Below are positions 46,631 through 55,901 of a DNA stretch of 64,000 nucleotides, piece by piece; positions within the stretch are counted from its first letter, which is position 1, and each line of letters begins with the position of its first letter. Under the pieces are notes generated by a model. The model did not search any database. It saw only the letters and a list, made by a program, of their open reading frames with translations, and was not told the origin of the DNA. Source of the stretch: Chloroflexota bacterium (GTDB lineage Bacteria > Chloroflexota > Dehalococcoidia > GIF9 > UBA5629); the NCBI GenBank assembly GCA_036821185.1, contig DAISKD010000004.1:6063-70062 (forward strand). Reading direction: 5' to 3'. The position numbers and the translations under genes were made by a program.

Positions 46631-47560
46631 ATGATTGCCACAGTAACTCTGAACCCCAGTCTGGACAGGACGGTCACCGTTGAAGGACTGATTATCGAGG
46701 AGGCAAACCGCTGGACCAGCTTCCGTGAAGACCCCGGTGGCAAAGGTATAAACGTCTCACGCGTCGTCCACGAGCTTGGTGGCGAGACCATAGCCTATGG
46801 GTTCATCGGCGGTGCCGCCGGTGAGACGCTTAAAAGGTTGCTGAGAAAGCAAGGGGTCCCGTTCGATTTTACCCCGATCAAAGGAGAAGTAAGAAGCAAC
46901 TTTATCATCACAGATCTCAAGACGAACCGCCAGACCAGGATCGACGCCCCCGGTCCGCGCATCTCGAGAGAAGAACTGGCTGAACTTGTTAACACATTGA
47001 TACATATGAAGAAACAGCCCGACTACCTGGTCTTCGCCGGTAGCGTGCCACCCGGTATCCCCGACGACATATACTACAGGCTGATAATTGGCACCAAAAG
47101 CTACGGCATAAAGACGGTGCTGGACTCCGATAAACAGTGGTTAAGAGAGGGCATCAAGGCAAAACCTGACATAATCAAACCTAATGTACACGAGACGGAA
47201 GAGCTGCTCGGCACAGAGCTAAAGAACGAGGCGTCAATCGTCAAGGCCGCTCGAGCGCTGGTTGAACAGGGCATCGGTTTGGTAGCCGTTTCTAGAGGTA
47301 GACACGGTATGATCGTTGCCAACAGTGAAAAGGTCTTGAAAATAGTAGCCCCACGGGTGCGCGTTCGCAGCACTGTTGGTGCGGGCGACTCCGCCCTTGC
47401 CGCTTTAATCCTTAGATTAAGTCAGGGCTACAGCCTCGAAGAGTCCTGCCGCTGGGCAGTTGCCGCCGGCACGGCAGCTACGCTTACCCCGGGCACCGAA
47501 CTCTGCCGTCGCCAAGACGTGGAAAAACTCCTCCCTAAGGTAACGGTACAACAGCTTTAA
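46631..47560 (+). CDS. 1-phosphofructokinase-family (PfkB/FruK/LacC) hexose kinase
   Basis: TVTLNPSLD, GGKGINVS, IKPNVHE, STVGAGDS. Confidence 0.92.
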   Translation: MIATVTLNPSLDRTVTVEGLIIEEANRWTSFREDPGGKGINVSRVVHELGGETIAYGFIGGAAGETLKRLLRKQGVPFDFTPIKGEVRSNFIITDLKTNRQTRIDAPGPRISREELAELVNTLIHMKKQPDYLVFAGSVPPGIPDDIYYRLIIGTKSYGIKTVLDSDKQWLREGIKAKPDIIKPNVHETEELLGTELKNEASIVKAARALVEQGIGLVAVSRGRHGMIVANSEKVLKIVAPRVRVRSTVGAGDSALAALILRLSQGYSLEESCRWAVAAGTAATLTPGTELCRRQDVEKLLPKVTVQQL

Positions 47561-48134
47561 GGGCCTGCCCGCTTAGCGAATGTATTTGACCACATCCCGA
47601 TTTTTTGGGAGGTGCGGCTGGCTTCTCCCCGTCCATATAACCCAACGCTACGGCACAGACGAAACTGTAGCCTTCAGGTACGCCTAGCTCTTTCTTCAAC
47701 TCATCGCCTTTCCCCGAGGTAAACGCCAGCCCCGGAGAAGTCATCACGCACGAGCCTAAGCCCAGCGACTCAGCCACAATAGCGATGTTCCCTGCAGCCA
47801 GACCACAATCAATCTGGGCAAAGCGGTGCCTATCATCGGCAAATATCATTACCACCGTGGGCGCATGATAGAAGGTATGGTATTGGGGGTCGCTCACCCT
47901 CTGCTTCATTATTTCCGGACCGGAGCTCAACACATTTTCTCTGATGATTTCCACCATCCTGTCCAGTAGACCCTTATTCTGCACCACAGCAAAGTACCAG
48001 CGCTGGGCATTCATAGCGCTGGGCGCATGGACAGCAGCCTCCATAATCGTCTGTAACGCTCCTTCTTCCACCTGCTTTTCTTTGTACCGTCTGATGCTCC
48101 TCCGGCCCAAAACCACCCTTACCGTCTCACTCAT
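47535..48134 (-). CDS. Nitroreductase family protein
   Basis: RRSIRRY, APSAMNAQRW, AESLGLGSC, ALGY. Confidence 0.9.
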   Translation of the reverse strand: MSETVRVVLGRRSIRRYKEKQVEEGALQTIMEAAVHAPSAMNAQRWYFAVVQNKGLLDRMVEIIRENVLSSGPEIMKQRVSDPQYHTFYHAPTVVMIFADDRHRFAQIDCGLAAGNIAIVAESLGLGSCVMTSPGLAFTSGKGDELKKELGVPEGYSFVCAVALGYMDGEKPAAPPKKSGCGQIHSLSGQALKAVVPLP

Positions 48135-48170
48135 CTCCGAAACCTCCCTTCTGTGTTTGACCTATCTGGT

Positions 48171-48809
48171 CTATAGATCGACCAACATGGGCTTCAGTTC
48201 CACAAGGCTTGTCAGCGAGCCATCGCTTCCCCCGCTCCTGTCAAGGTGAAAGGCATGCATACCCACCTTCTGAGGAAATACAAAATCGAACTCCCTATTA
48301 TCACCGACATGGACGATCTGTTCAGGAGACACGCCCATTGCTCTGCAAATCTCCTGATAGAACTCTGGCGTCTTTAGTCGCCGGTAATCGGAAAGCGAGG
48401 AGAATACCCTGCTAAAATAGGGCTCTATACCTTCGAGAAGATGACACAAAAACTCTCGCATGGAACCTGAAGCCACAATCAGTATATACCGCTGACCCAG
48501 CTCAGCCAGCACACTCTTGACCTCAGGGTAATACGAGACTTTATGACGATAGCCTGCCATAACTGGCTCCGGTGAGCCCAGCCCGAATCTGTTAAACCAG
48601 TAGCGCACATCGTACCACTCCAGCCTCTGATCGCCCACTTTTTTGTACTCTTCCTCGATGATGCTCTTTGCCGTTGCAAAGTCAACGCCGTACCTCTCGG
48701 CATATTTCTCCGGGATAGCCTCGTACCAGATGGAATAGCTGAAATCTGTGGTCACCAGGGTACCCTCGGCATCAAAAGAGACTATTTTAATCTGGTCAAG
48801 TTTACCCAT
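48171..48809 (-). CDS. HAD family hydrolase
   Basis: SFDAEGTL, HVGDNREFD. Confidence 0.88.
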   Translation of the reverse strand: MGKLDQIKIVSFDAEGTLVTTDFSYSIWYEAIPEKYAERYGVDFATAKSIIEEEYKKVGDQRLEWYDVRYWFNRFGLGSPEPVMAGYRHKVSYYPEVKSVLAELGQRYILIVASGSMREFLCHLLEGIEPYFSRVFSSLSDYRRLKTPEFYQEICRAMGVSPEQIVHVGDNREFDFVFPQKVGMHAFHLDRSGGSDGSLTSLVELKPMLVDL

Positions 48810-48893
48810 TTTGCCCAGAAAATGTTATCATTTCCCCTTGCTAATTCCAAGACGAAATTGGAAATTTGAACGGCTAAAGTTTAAAATTAGATG

Positions 48894-50063
48894 ATGCGCC
48901 TGGGCTACCTTACCGATACATACAACCTTAACCTCTGCTTCGAAGTGGGACCTATAAGGCCCCCAAGCGAGGCATTTTCGCTGCTTATCAGGGCCACCAG
49001 GAATTGCCCCTGGAACCGCTGTCAGTTCTGCCCGGTGTACAAAGGGCAAAGGTTTGAGCTGCGTCCTGCGGATGAGGTGGTGAAAGACATCGAGACCGCC
49101 AAAGCCATCGCCGAGGGTATTAGGAAGCTTGCCTGGAAAGCTGGCTATGGGGACAGGGTGAGGGAAATAGCCGCCAGCATCTACAACAGCTATGCCCACA
49201 ACGCCAGCGTACGCAATGTCGCCCTATGGCTCTGGGCTGGGGGTACAACGGCTTTCCTTCAGGACGCCAATAGCCTGATAATGAGGACACCCGACCTGGT
49301 GAAGGTGGTGTCCGCACTTAAGCAGGCCTTCCCCGGGTTATCCCGGATAACTTCCTACGCCCGCTCCAAAACAGCGGCGAAGAAGTCCCTGGAAGAGCTG
49401 CGGGAATTGAAGGATGCCGGTCTATCACGCTTGCACATCGGTATGGAGAGCGGCTCGGACGCGGTCCTCGCCTACATGGATAAAGGAGTGACTGCCGAGG
49501 AACACGTCCTTGGTGGTAGAAAGGTAAAAGAAGCTGGTATTTCGCTCTGCGAATATGTCATGCCTGGCCTTGGTGGCAGAAAGATGTCCGCTGAACACGC
49601 CAGAGAGACCGCCAGGGTACTAAATGAGATCAACCCCGACCATATCAGGCTGCGCACCCTACAGGTGCATCCGAACACGCCGCTGTGGGAAAAACTGGAG
49701 TCCGACGACTTCCAGCTCCAGTCGGAGGATGAGATAGTCCATGAGATCGGTGAGTTCATTTCCAGGCTTGAGTTCACCGGCGAACTTAAGAGCGACCATA
49801 TCCTGAACCTGCTGCCTGAGCTGGAAGGCAAGTTCCCCGAAGCCAGAGACTCCTGCCTCGCCATCATTTCTAGATATTTTTCGCTGCCGGAAAACGAAAG
49901 GTTGAACTTCAAGCTGGGAAGGAGGCTGGGGCTCTACGAAAGACTGGACGACATACATGACCCGACGAAATACCAGCACATCGACCAAGCGCTAAGACGG
50001 ATAATGCAGTCTGGAGAAGATGTGGAAAAGGTCATCCAGAATTTCAAGGTCAGCTACCTGTAA
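48894..50063 (+). CDS. Radical SAM protein of unknown function
   Basis: RNCPWNRCQFC (CX4CX2C), HIGMESGSD; TAAAAT at 48882-48887 lies 6 nt before ATG 48894. Confidence 0.88.
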   Translation: MRLGYLTDTYNLNLCFEVGPIRPPSEAFSLLIRATRNCPWNRCQFCPVYKGQRFELRPADEVVKDIETAKAIAEGIRKLAWKAGYGDRVREIAASIYNSYAHNASVRNVALWLWAGGTTAFLQDANSLIMRTPDLVKVVSALKQAFPGLSRITSYARSKTAAKKSLEELRELKDAGLSRLHIGMESGSDAVLAYMDKGVTAEEHVLGGRKVKEAGISLCEYVMPGLGGRKMSAEHARETARVLNEINPDHIRLRTLQVHPNTPLWEKLESDDFQLQSEDEIVHEIGEFISRLEFTGELKSDHILNLLPELEGKFPEARDSCLAIISRYFSLPENERLNFKLGRRLGLYERLDDIHDPTKYQHIDQALRRIMQSGEDVEKVIQNFKVSYL

Positions 50064-50184
50064 ATATAGCCATGTCCAATAAGGGCTACCTCAATCTAAA
50101 CCGTTTCAAGTCAGGCAAATCGGTCAAAAAACAAGCAGCGCAGAGAAGAGATAAAGGACTGTCCAAGAGGAGGCTGGTGAATAA

Positions 50185-51936
50185 ATGAAAAAGAGAATAG
50201 CGATAATAGCCTGTGCGGCACTGGCCGCCATATGTCTGGTATTAGGCAGTATATATCTCACCCGCACCACCAGCACAAGGGTGCCTGGAGAAACCAAGGT
50301 CAAGGGCGTCTTCATTGAAGGGCAATCTGGCGGCGATGCCGAGACGCTCAACTGGATATTAGCTGCCGATGCCACCTCCTTTAGCTACGTGGGGCACACT
50401 CTGGACTCGCTGGCAACTTACGATAACAACTTCAATATCCAGCTCCGCTGCCTGGCTAAAGACATCGAAGTGTCGCCGGACGGTCTGGTCTATACCGTTA
50501 CCATCAGGGATGACCTCAGGTGGAGCGACGGCTCCCCGGTCACCGCCGAAGACTATGTATATACCCTGAAGAACCTCATGTTCTCCAACTGGTTGACCTA
50601 TCCCTATAAGAGCGACTGGCAGGAGGAGGTCAACGGAGAGAAAGTATTCGTTACTCCCGAGGTAGTGAATGAGACCACATTCACCATAACCCGTCAGACG
50701 GTGGACCCCGAGTTCGTCTATACCCTTTACGACCTCACTCCGTACCCCAAGCACATAGCCCAGAAGTACGAGGGGGCTGCTGAAGCATTCATGCAGGCAC
50801 CCGAGTTCAACAACCTGAGCTATACCGGTAACCTCGGTCCCTACCGCTTCAAAGAGTGGAACCGCAACGATAGGTTTGTGGTGGAGCGTAACCCTGACTA
50901 CTACCTGGGCAAAGATGTCGGTGCCCCTTACTTCGAGCAGTACATAATTAAACTGTTCGGCACCTCCGCCACCAGGCAGGCAGCGCTGGAAGCTGGGGAC
51001 ATTACCTACACCGGCATCGAACCGGAATTGGTAGCTAAATTTAAGAGCCTCCCCCACATCAAAGTCTATACCGTCCCCACCTCCGGCTATACCATCCTAG
51101 CCTACAACCAGAGGGCTAATGGATGGGAAGGGCTGAAGAACAAAGAGGTTAGGCAGGCCCTTTCCATGGCGATAAACAAGCTGGCGATAACCCAGACCAT
51201 ACTTCTGGGCTTCGCCGAGCCCGCATTCAGCTTCATTCCCAAGGTCTCCCCGTGGTACACAGAGGAAAGTGTTGTAAAGTACGGAGTCAGCCCATTGTAT
51301 GATAAACAAAAAGCTGCCGAGATACTTTACCGGCTGGGGTACGGCATAAGGCAGGCAGACAATACCATAAAAGTCACCAAAAAAGACGGCAGTCTCCTGC
51401 AATTGAGGCTGGTGGTAAACGTCGGCAGCAAGCCGGCAGAGGATATGGCTTTCTTCATTAGAAAAGAGCTCCTGGAACTGGGGATAGAGACGGAGATCAA
51501 ATTGGTGCCCTGGCCGACCCTGCTAAGGCAATATGTGATGAATACCGTGCCCGGCTCGAAGCAGGAGCCAGCCTATAACAAAGGCCCCGAAGCTGTAAGC
51601 CAGGAGGAATGGGACTTCATCCTCATGGGCTTCGGTACCGACCCGCTGGCACCTTCCGGGAGCCATGTGTTCTTTGCCTCACACGGCGGGCTTAACTTTA
51701 TGGGCTACTCGAACCAGGAGGTCGATGAACTGTTCGCCAGAGCGAAATCGAAGGAAGCACTGGACAAAGGGGTGAGGCAAAAGATTTACGCTGAACTTTC
51801 CCACCTGCTTTCCGAAGAACAACCGGTGAACTTCCTCGCCTTCCACAGGGCCAACCGCGGTTTCCTCAAGAACGTCATGGGCATCGAGCCCGGGGTGAAC
51901 ATGGGCTACAATTACCATTTGTGGTATTTTGAGTAG
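50185..51936 (+). CDS. Peptide/nickel ABC transporter substrate-binding protein (SBP family 5)
   Basis: WSDGSPVTAEDYVYT, GPYRFKEW, VVERNPDYY, VRQALSMAIN; N-terminal hydrophobic anchor. Confidence 0.92.
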   Translation: MKKRIAIIACAALAAICLVLGSIYLTRTTSTRVPGETKVKGVFIEGQSGGDAETLNWILAADATSFSYVGHTLDSLATYDNNFNIQLRCLAKDIEVSPDGLVYTVTIRDDLRWSDGSPVTAEDYVYTLKNLMFSNWLTYPYKSDWQEEVNGEKVFVTPEVVNETTFTITRQTVDPEFVYTLYDLTPYPKHIAQKYEGAAEAFMQAPEFNNLSYTGNLGPYRFKEWNRNDRFVVERNPDYYLGKDVGAPYFEQYIIKLFGTSATRQAALEAGDITYTGIEPELVAKFKSLPHIKVYTVPTSGYTILAYNQRANGWEGLKNKEVRQALSMAINKLAITQTILLGFAEPAFSFIPKVSPWYTEESVVKYGVSPLYDKQKAAEILYRLGYGIRQADNTIKVTKKDGSLLQLRLVVNVGSKPAEDMAFFIRKELLELGIETEIKLVPWPTLLRQYVMNTVPGSKQEPAYNKGPEAVSQEEWDFILMGFGTDPLAPSGSHVFFASHGGLNFMGYSNQEVDELFARAKSKEALDKGVRQKIYAELSHLLSEEQPVNFLAFHRANRGFLKNVMGIEPGVNMGYNYHLWYFE

Positions 51937-51999
51937 CAGTAATATACCGTAAGGGCAGGCGTGAGGCAGTCCAGCCAGAAGCGCTGGGCAAAGGCGACT

Positions 52000-52977
52000 A
52001 TGAGGAAAAGCTGGCTCCGCGACTATATCATAAAAAGGCTCCTTTACTCAATACTTATCGCTTGGGGCATACTCACCGTCACCTTCATCCTGGTGAGGGT
52101 GGGCCCCAGTTCCCCAGCCGACAAGTACCTGGCTAACCTGGCTGCTAAAGGACAGGATCCCTCACAGGTGATAGCTGCCATAGAAGCCAGATACGGCTTG
52201 GACAAGCCTATACTCCAGCAATACGGGGAATACATGCTAAACCTGCTCCGGGGAAACTGGGGGTGGTCGTTCAGCACCTCGATGCCGGTGATGGAGCTGA
52301 TCAAGCGCCACTGGGTCTATTCCTTCCAGTTGATACTGCTGAGCAGCATTTTCGCTGCCGTGCTTGGTATCCTCATCGGCATCTATTCGGCAGTGAAGCA
52401 ATACACCAAGGCTGACTATGCCTTCACCTTTCTCTCCTTCATCGGCATCTCGATACCCAATTTCTGGCTCGGCGTGATGCTCATCCTTGTCTTCTCTGTA
52501 AAGCTCGGACTGTTCAAGACCTATTATGACACCACATTGCCATTGTTCTCCCCGGCCAACCTCAAGGCATTGGTGCTACCGGTGATAACCCTGGGCACGG
52601 GCATGCTCGCTGCCTATGTCAGATATACCAGGTCAGCTATGCTGGACAATCTAAGAAAGCCCTTCGTCATCACAGCACGAGCTAAAGGTCTACCGGAGCC
52701 TCTGGTCATCGGAAAGCACGTTTTCCGAAATGCCCTGCTCCCCCTGGTGACTATAATCATGTTTGACCTGGGTAGCATCGTATTCGGCGGTGCTTACCTC
52801 ACCGAAATCGTCTTCGGCATCCCGGGGCTAGGGCAGGTATCCTTCAACGCCATCTTTGCCAACGATTACCCGGTGGTGGTCGCGATCACCCTTATCGGGA
52901 CACTGGTGGTGCTGCTGGTCAACCTGATTACAGACATAACCTATACTTATCTCGACCCGAGGATAAGATATGACTGA
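52000..52977 (+). CDS. Peptide ABC transporter permease (OppB/DppB)
   Basis: GLDKP...QY, ISIPNFWLG, ARAKGL...HVFRNALLP, DYPVV. Confidence 0.93.
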   Translation: MRKSWLRDYIIKRLLYSILIAWGILTVTFILVRVGPSSPADKYLANLAAKGQDPSQVIAAIEARYGLDKPILQQYGEYMLNLLRGNWGWSFSTSMPVMELIKRHWVYSFQLILLSSIFAAVLGILIGIYSAVKQYTKADYAFTFLSFIGISIPNFWLGVMLILVFSVKLGLFKTYYDTTLPLFSPANLKALVLPVITLGTGMLAAYVRYTRSAMLDNLRKPFVITARAKGLPEPLVIGKHVFRNALLPLVTIIMFDLGSIVFGGAYLTEIVFGIPGLGQVSFNAIFANDYPVVVAITLIGTLVVLLVNLITDITYTYLDPRIRYD

Positions 52978-53932
52978 CAGAAAGGAAGTAGCAGGCAAAG
53001 ACAGAACAGCTTTTCACGGCGGTGGTTTCAGGCTGGTCAGCTACTACTGGCAAAGGATGACGAGGAACCGTCTGGCTGTCTTCGGCCTCGCCTTCATTAT
53101 CTTCCTAGCACTGGTCGCCATCATCGGTCCCTTCTTCACCCCTGACCCCACGCAGGTGGACTTCGAGGCGAAAAACCTGCCACCCATCGGATTCACCACC
53201 ACTCAGGCTGTTTACGACATAACCACCGACCAGTTTATCACCAAAAAGATTTCAGGCACGTGGAAACACCCCCTGGGTACTGACCGGAAGGGACGGGACA
53301 TGCTGGCGATGATAGTCTCCGGGGCAAGGGTCTCCCTGCAGGTAGGTCTTCTTGCCACTGGGTTAGCCGTAATCATCGGCACCATCATTGGCGTCATGTC
53401 AGCTTATCTGGGTGGCTGGGTGGACAACGCCTTGATGAGGTTCACCGATGTGATGATGACCTTCCCCTTCTTCCTGTTGCTGGTGCTCATAGTGTTCATT
53501 TTCGGACCTAGCCTAGCCTTCATCGTTTTCGCCATCGGACTCACCGGCTGGACGGGCACCGCCCGCCTGGTAAGGAGCGAGTCACTATCTCTGAGAACAC
53601 GTGAATTTGTAATGGCAGCTAAAGCACTGGGAGCCAGCGATAGCAGAGTGGTCTTCCGCCACCTGATCCCAAACGTCATCAGCTTGATCATCGTCATTGC
53701 CACATTATCTATCCCCGGCGTAATCCTGGCTGAAGCCGCCCTTAGCTTCATCGGTCTTGGCGACCCCACCACACCGAGCTGGGGAATAATCCTGGAGGAG
53801 GGACAACACAGCCTGGATACCGCCTGGTGGGTGGCTGTGGAGCCCGGGATCATGTTGTTCTTGACCGTCCTTGCCTTCAACTTCCTCGGCGACGGGCTGA
53901 GGGATGCCTTTGACCCGAAAAGCAATGTTTAG
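52970..53932 (+). CDS. Peptide ABC transporter permease (OppC/DppC)
   Basis: HPLGTDRKGRD, EFVMAAKALGA, HLIPNV, EAALSFIGLG, NFLGDGLRDAFDPK. Confidence 0.93.
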   Translation: MTDRKEVAGKDRTAFHGGGFRLVSYYWQRMTRNRLAVFGLAFIIFLALVAIIGPFFTPDPTQVDFEAKNLPPIGFTTTQAVYDITTDQFITKKISGTWKHPLGTDRKGRDMLAMIVSGARVSLQVGLLATGLAVIIGTIIGVMSAYLGGWVDNALMRFTDVMMTFPFFLLLVLIVFIFGPSLAFIVFAIGLTGWTGTARLVRSESLSLRTREFVMAAKALGASDSRVVFRHLIPNVISLIIVIATLSIPGVILAEAALSFIGLGDPTTPSWGIILEEGQHSLDTAWWVAVEPGIMLFLTVLAFNFLGDGLRDAFDPKSNV

Positions 53933-53947
53933 CAGGAAAAGCCGGAA

Positions 53948-54931
53948 ATGCAGTCTCACAGCGGAAACAACATCATACTCAGCGTAAACGCTCTGCAGAC
54001 CTTCTTTTTCACCCGTCGCGGCATAGTCAGGGCGGTGAACGGGGTTAGCTTTGAGCTGAGACAGGGCGAATGCCTCTGCCTGGTGGGGGAGTCGGGATGC
54101 GGCAAGAGCGTCACCGCACTTTCTATCCTCAGGTTGTTCGATAGTCCCCCTGGCAGGATAGTCGGCGGTAACGTGGTCTACAACTCCTTAGACTTGACAT
54201 CGTGCCCAGAGCAGCAATTAAGAAAGGTCCGCGGCAAGGAAATCGCCCTTGTGCTTCAGGAAGCACAGTCGGCGCTTAACCCCGTGCTGACGGTAGGCGA
54301 CCAGATAATAGAGCAGATGAAAATCCACCTCCCTTTAAGTAAAGAAGAGGCAAGGCTGAAAGCCATAAGCCTGCTCCGCGAAATGGGCATACCGTCGGCA
54401 GAAGACGTCCTGGACTACTACCCCCACCAACTTTCCGGCGGCATGAAGCAGAGGGTACTGGTGGCCATGAGCCTCTGCTGCGACCCCCGAATACTTATTG
54501 CCGATGAGCCTACCACCGCTGTGGATGTGACTATAAAAGCCCAGGTCCTGGACATGTTCCGCCAGCTAAAGGAGAAACGGCAGATGTCCATCATCTTCAT
54601 AACCCATGACCTAGCAGTTGTAGCTGAGATCGGTGACCGGGCAGTAATCATGTACGGCGGCAGGGACATCGAGACCGCCCCAGTATCAGAGGTAATCGCC
54701 ACTCCGGCGCACCCTTACACCAAAGGTTTGCTGGCATGCCTGCCGGATGTGTCCCGGGAGGTGGACAGGTTGAGTTCGATCCCTGGCATGCCCCCAGACC
54801 CCTCAAAGTTACCACCGGGCTGCACCTTCCATCCCAGATGCCCGAAAGCAATGGACATCTGCCGTACACAGGAGCCATCGCTAACTGAAATCTCGAAAGA
54901 GCATAAGGTGAGGTGCCACCTGTATGCCTGA
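53948..54931 (+). CDS. Peptide ABC transporter ATPase (OppD/DppD)
   Basis: [41 protein letters not shown]. Confidence 0.94.
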   Translation: MQSHSGNNIILSVNALQTFFFTRRGIVRAVNGVSFELRQGECLCLVGESGCGKSVTALSILRLFDSPPGRIVGGNVVYNSLDLTSCPEQQLRKVRGKEIALVLQEAQSALNPVLTVGDQIIEQMKIHLPLSKEEARLKAISLLREMGIPSAEDVLDYYPHQLSGGMKQRVLVAMSLCCDPRILIADEPTTAVDVTIKAQVLDMFRQLKEKRQMSIIFITHDLAVVAEIGDRAVIMYGGRDIETAPVSEVIATPAHPYTKGLLACLPDVSREVDRLSSIPGMPPDPSKLPPGCTFHPRCPKAMDICRTQEPSLTEISKEHKVRCHLYA

Positions 54932-55901
54932 TAAAGAAAAGTCATTGCTGGAAGCCACAGACCTTAAAAAATACTACCCACTGACCGCGGGCATAATCTC
55001 TCGCCACATAGGCGATATAAAGGCTGTCGATGGGGTGACCTTCAACATTAAAGAGCGGGAGATCCTGGGGCTGGTCGGTGAGTCCGGCTGCGGTAAATCT
55101 ACCCTGGGCAAGACCGTCCTCAGGTTAGAAGAGCCCACCAGCGGCAGGATCCTCTATAAAGGGGCTGACATCACCAGACTGGACAAACGTGCCCTCAGAG
55201 AGCTGAGAAAGGAGATGCAAATAATCTTCCAGGACCCCGAGGCATCACTCGACCCAAGGATGACCGTTGGCCAGTCTATCTGTGAGCCCCTGCTGATCCA
55301 CAATGTCGGAGATGATAGGGAGAGGGAAGAGACGGTGGCACGGTTGCTGGAGCAAGTGGGACTGGAGCCGCACCAGGCAGACCTTTATCCCCATGAGCTC
55401 AGCGGTGGACAGAAACAACGCGTCGGCATTGCCCGCGCCCTGGCTCTGAGCCCCAAGCTTATCATCGCCGATGAGCCGGTAAGTGCCTTGGATGTCTCTA
55501 TTCAGGCGCAGATATTGAACCTGATGCTAGACATCCAGGATCAGATGGGCTTGAGCTACTTGTTTATCGCCCACGACCTCTCTGTAATCAAGTACGTAGC
55601 ACACCGTATAGCTGTCATGTATCTGGGCAAGATTGTGGAACTGGCTGATAATAAGGAACTATTCCACAACCCCCTGCATCCTTACACTGAAGCGCTTATC
55701 TCCGCCGTACCCGGCCTGAGAACAAAGGGCAGAAAAAGGACTATTTTGCCCGGCGAGGTCCCTTCCCCACTCAACCCACCATCCGGCTGCCGCTTTCATC
55801 CTAGATGCCCCTACGCTATACCGGTCTGCCAGCATGAAGAGCCGGTACTGATAGAGGTATCACAGGGACATTCCGTAGCCTGCCACCTGCACCGGCGCTA
55901 G
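54924..55901 (+). CDS. Peptide ABC transporter ATPase (OppF/DppF)
   Basis: [42 protein letters not shown]. Confidence 0.94.
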   Translation: MPDKEKSLLEATDLKKYYPLTAGIISRHIGDIKAVDGVTFNIKEREILGLVGESGCGKSTLGKTVLRLEEPTSGRILYKGADITRLDKRALRELRKEMQIIFQDPEASLDPRMTVGQSICEPLLIHNVGDDREREETVARLLEQVGLEPHQADLYPHELSGGQKQRVGIARALALSPKLIIADEPVSALDVSIQAQILNLMLDIQDQMGLSYLFIAHDLSVIKYVAHRIAVMYLGKIVELADNKELFHNPLHPYTEALISAVPGLRTKGRKRTILPGEVPSPLNPPSGCRFHPRCPYAIPVCQHEEPVLIEVSQGHSVACHLHRR

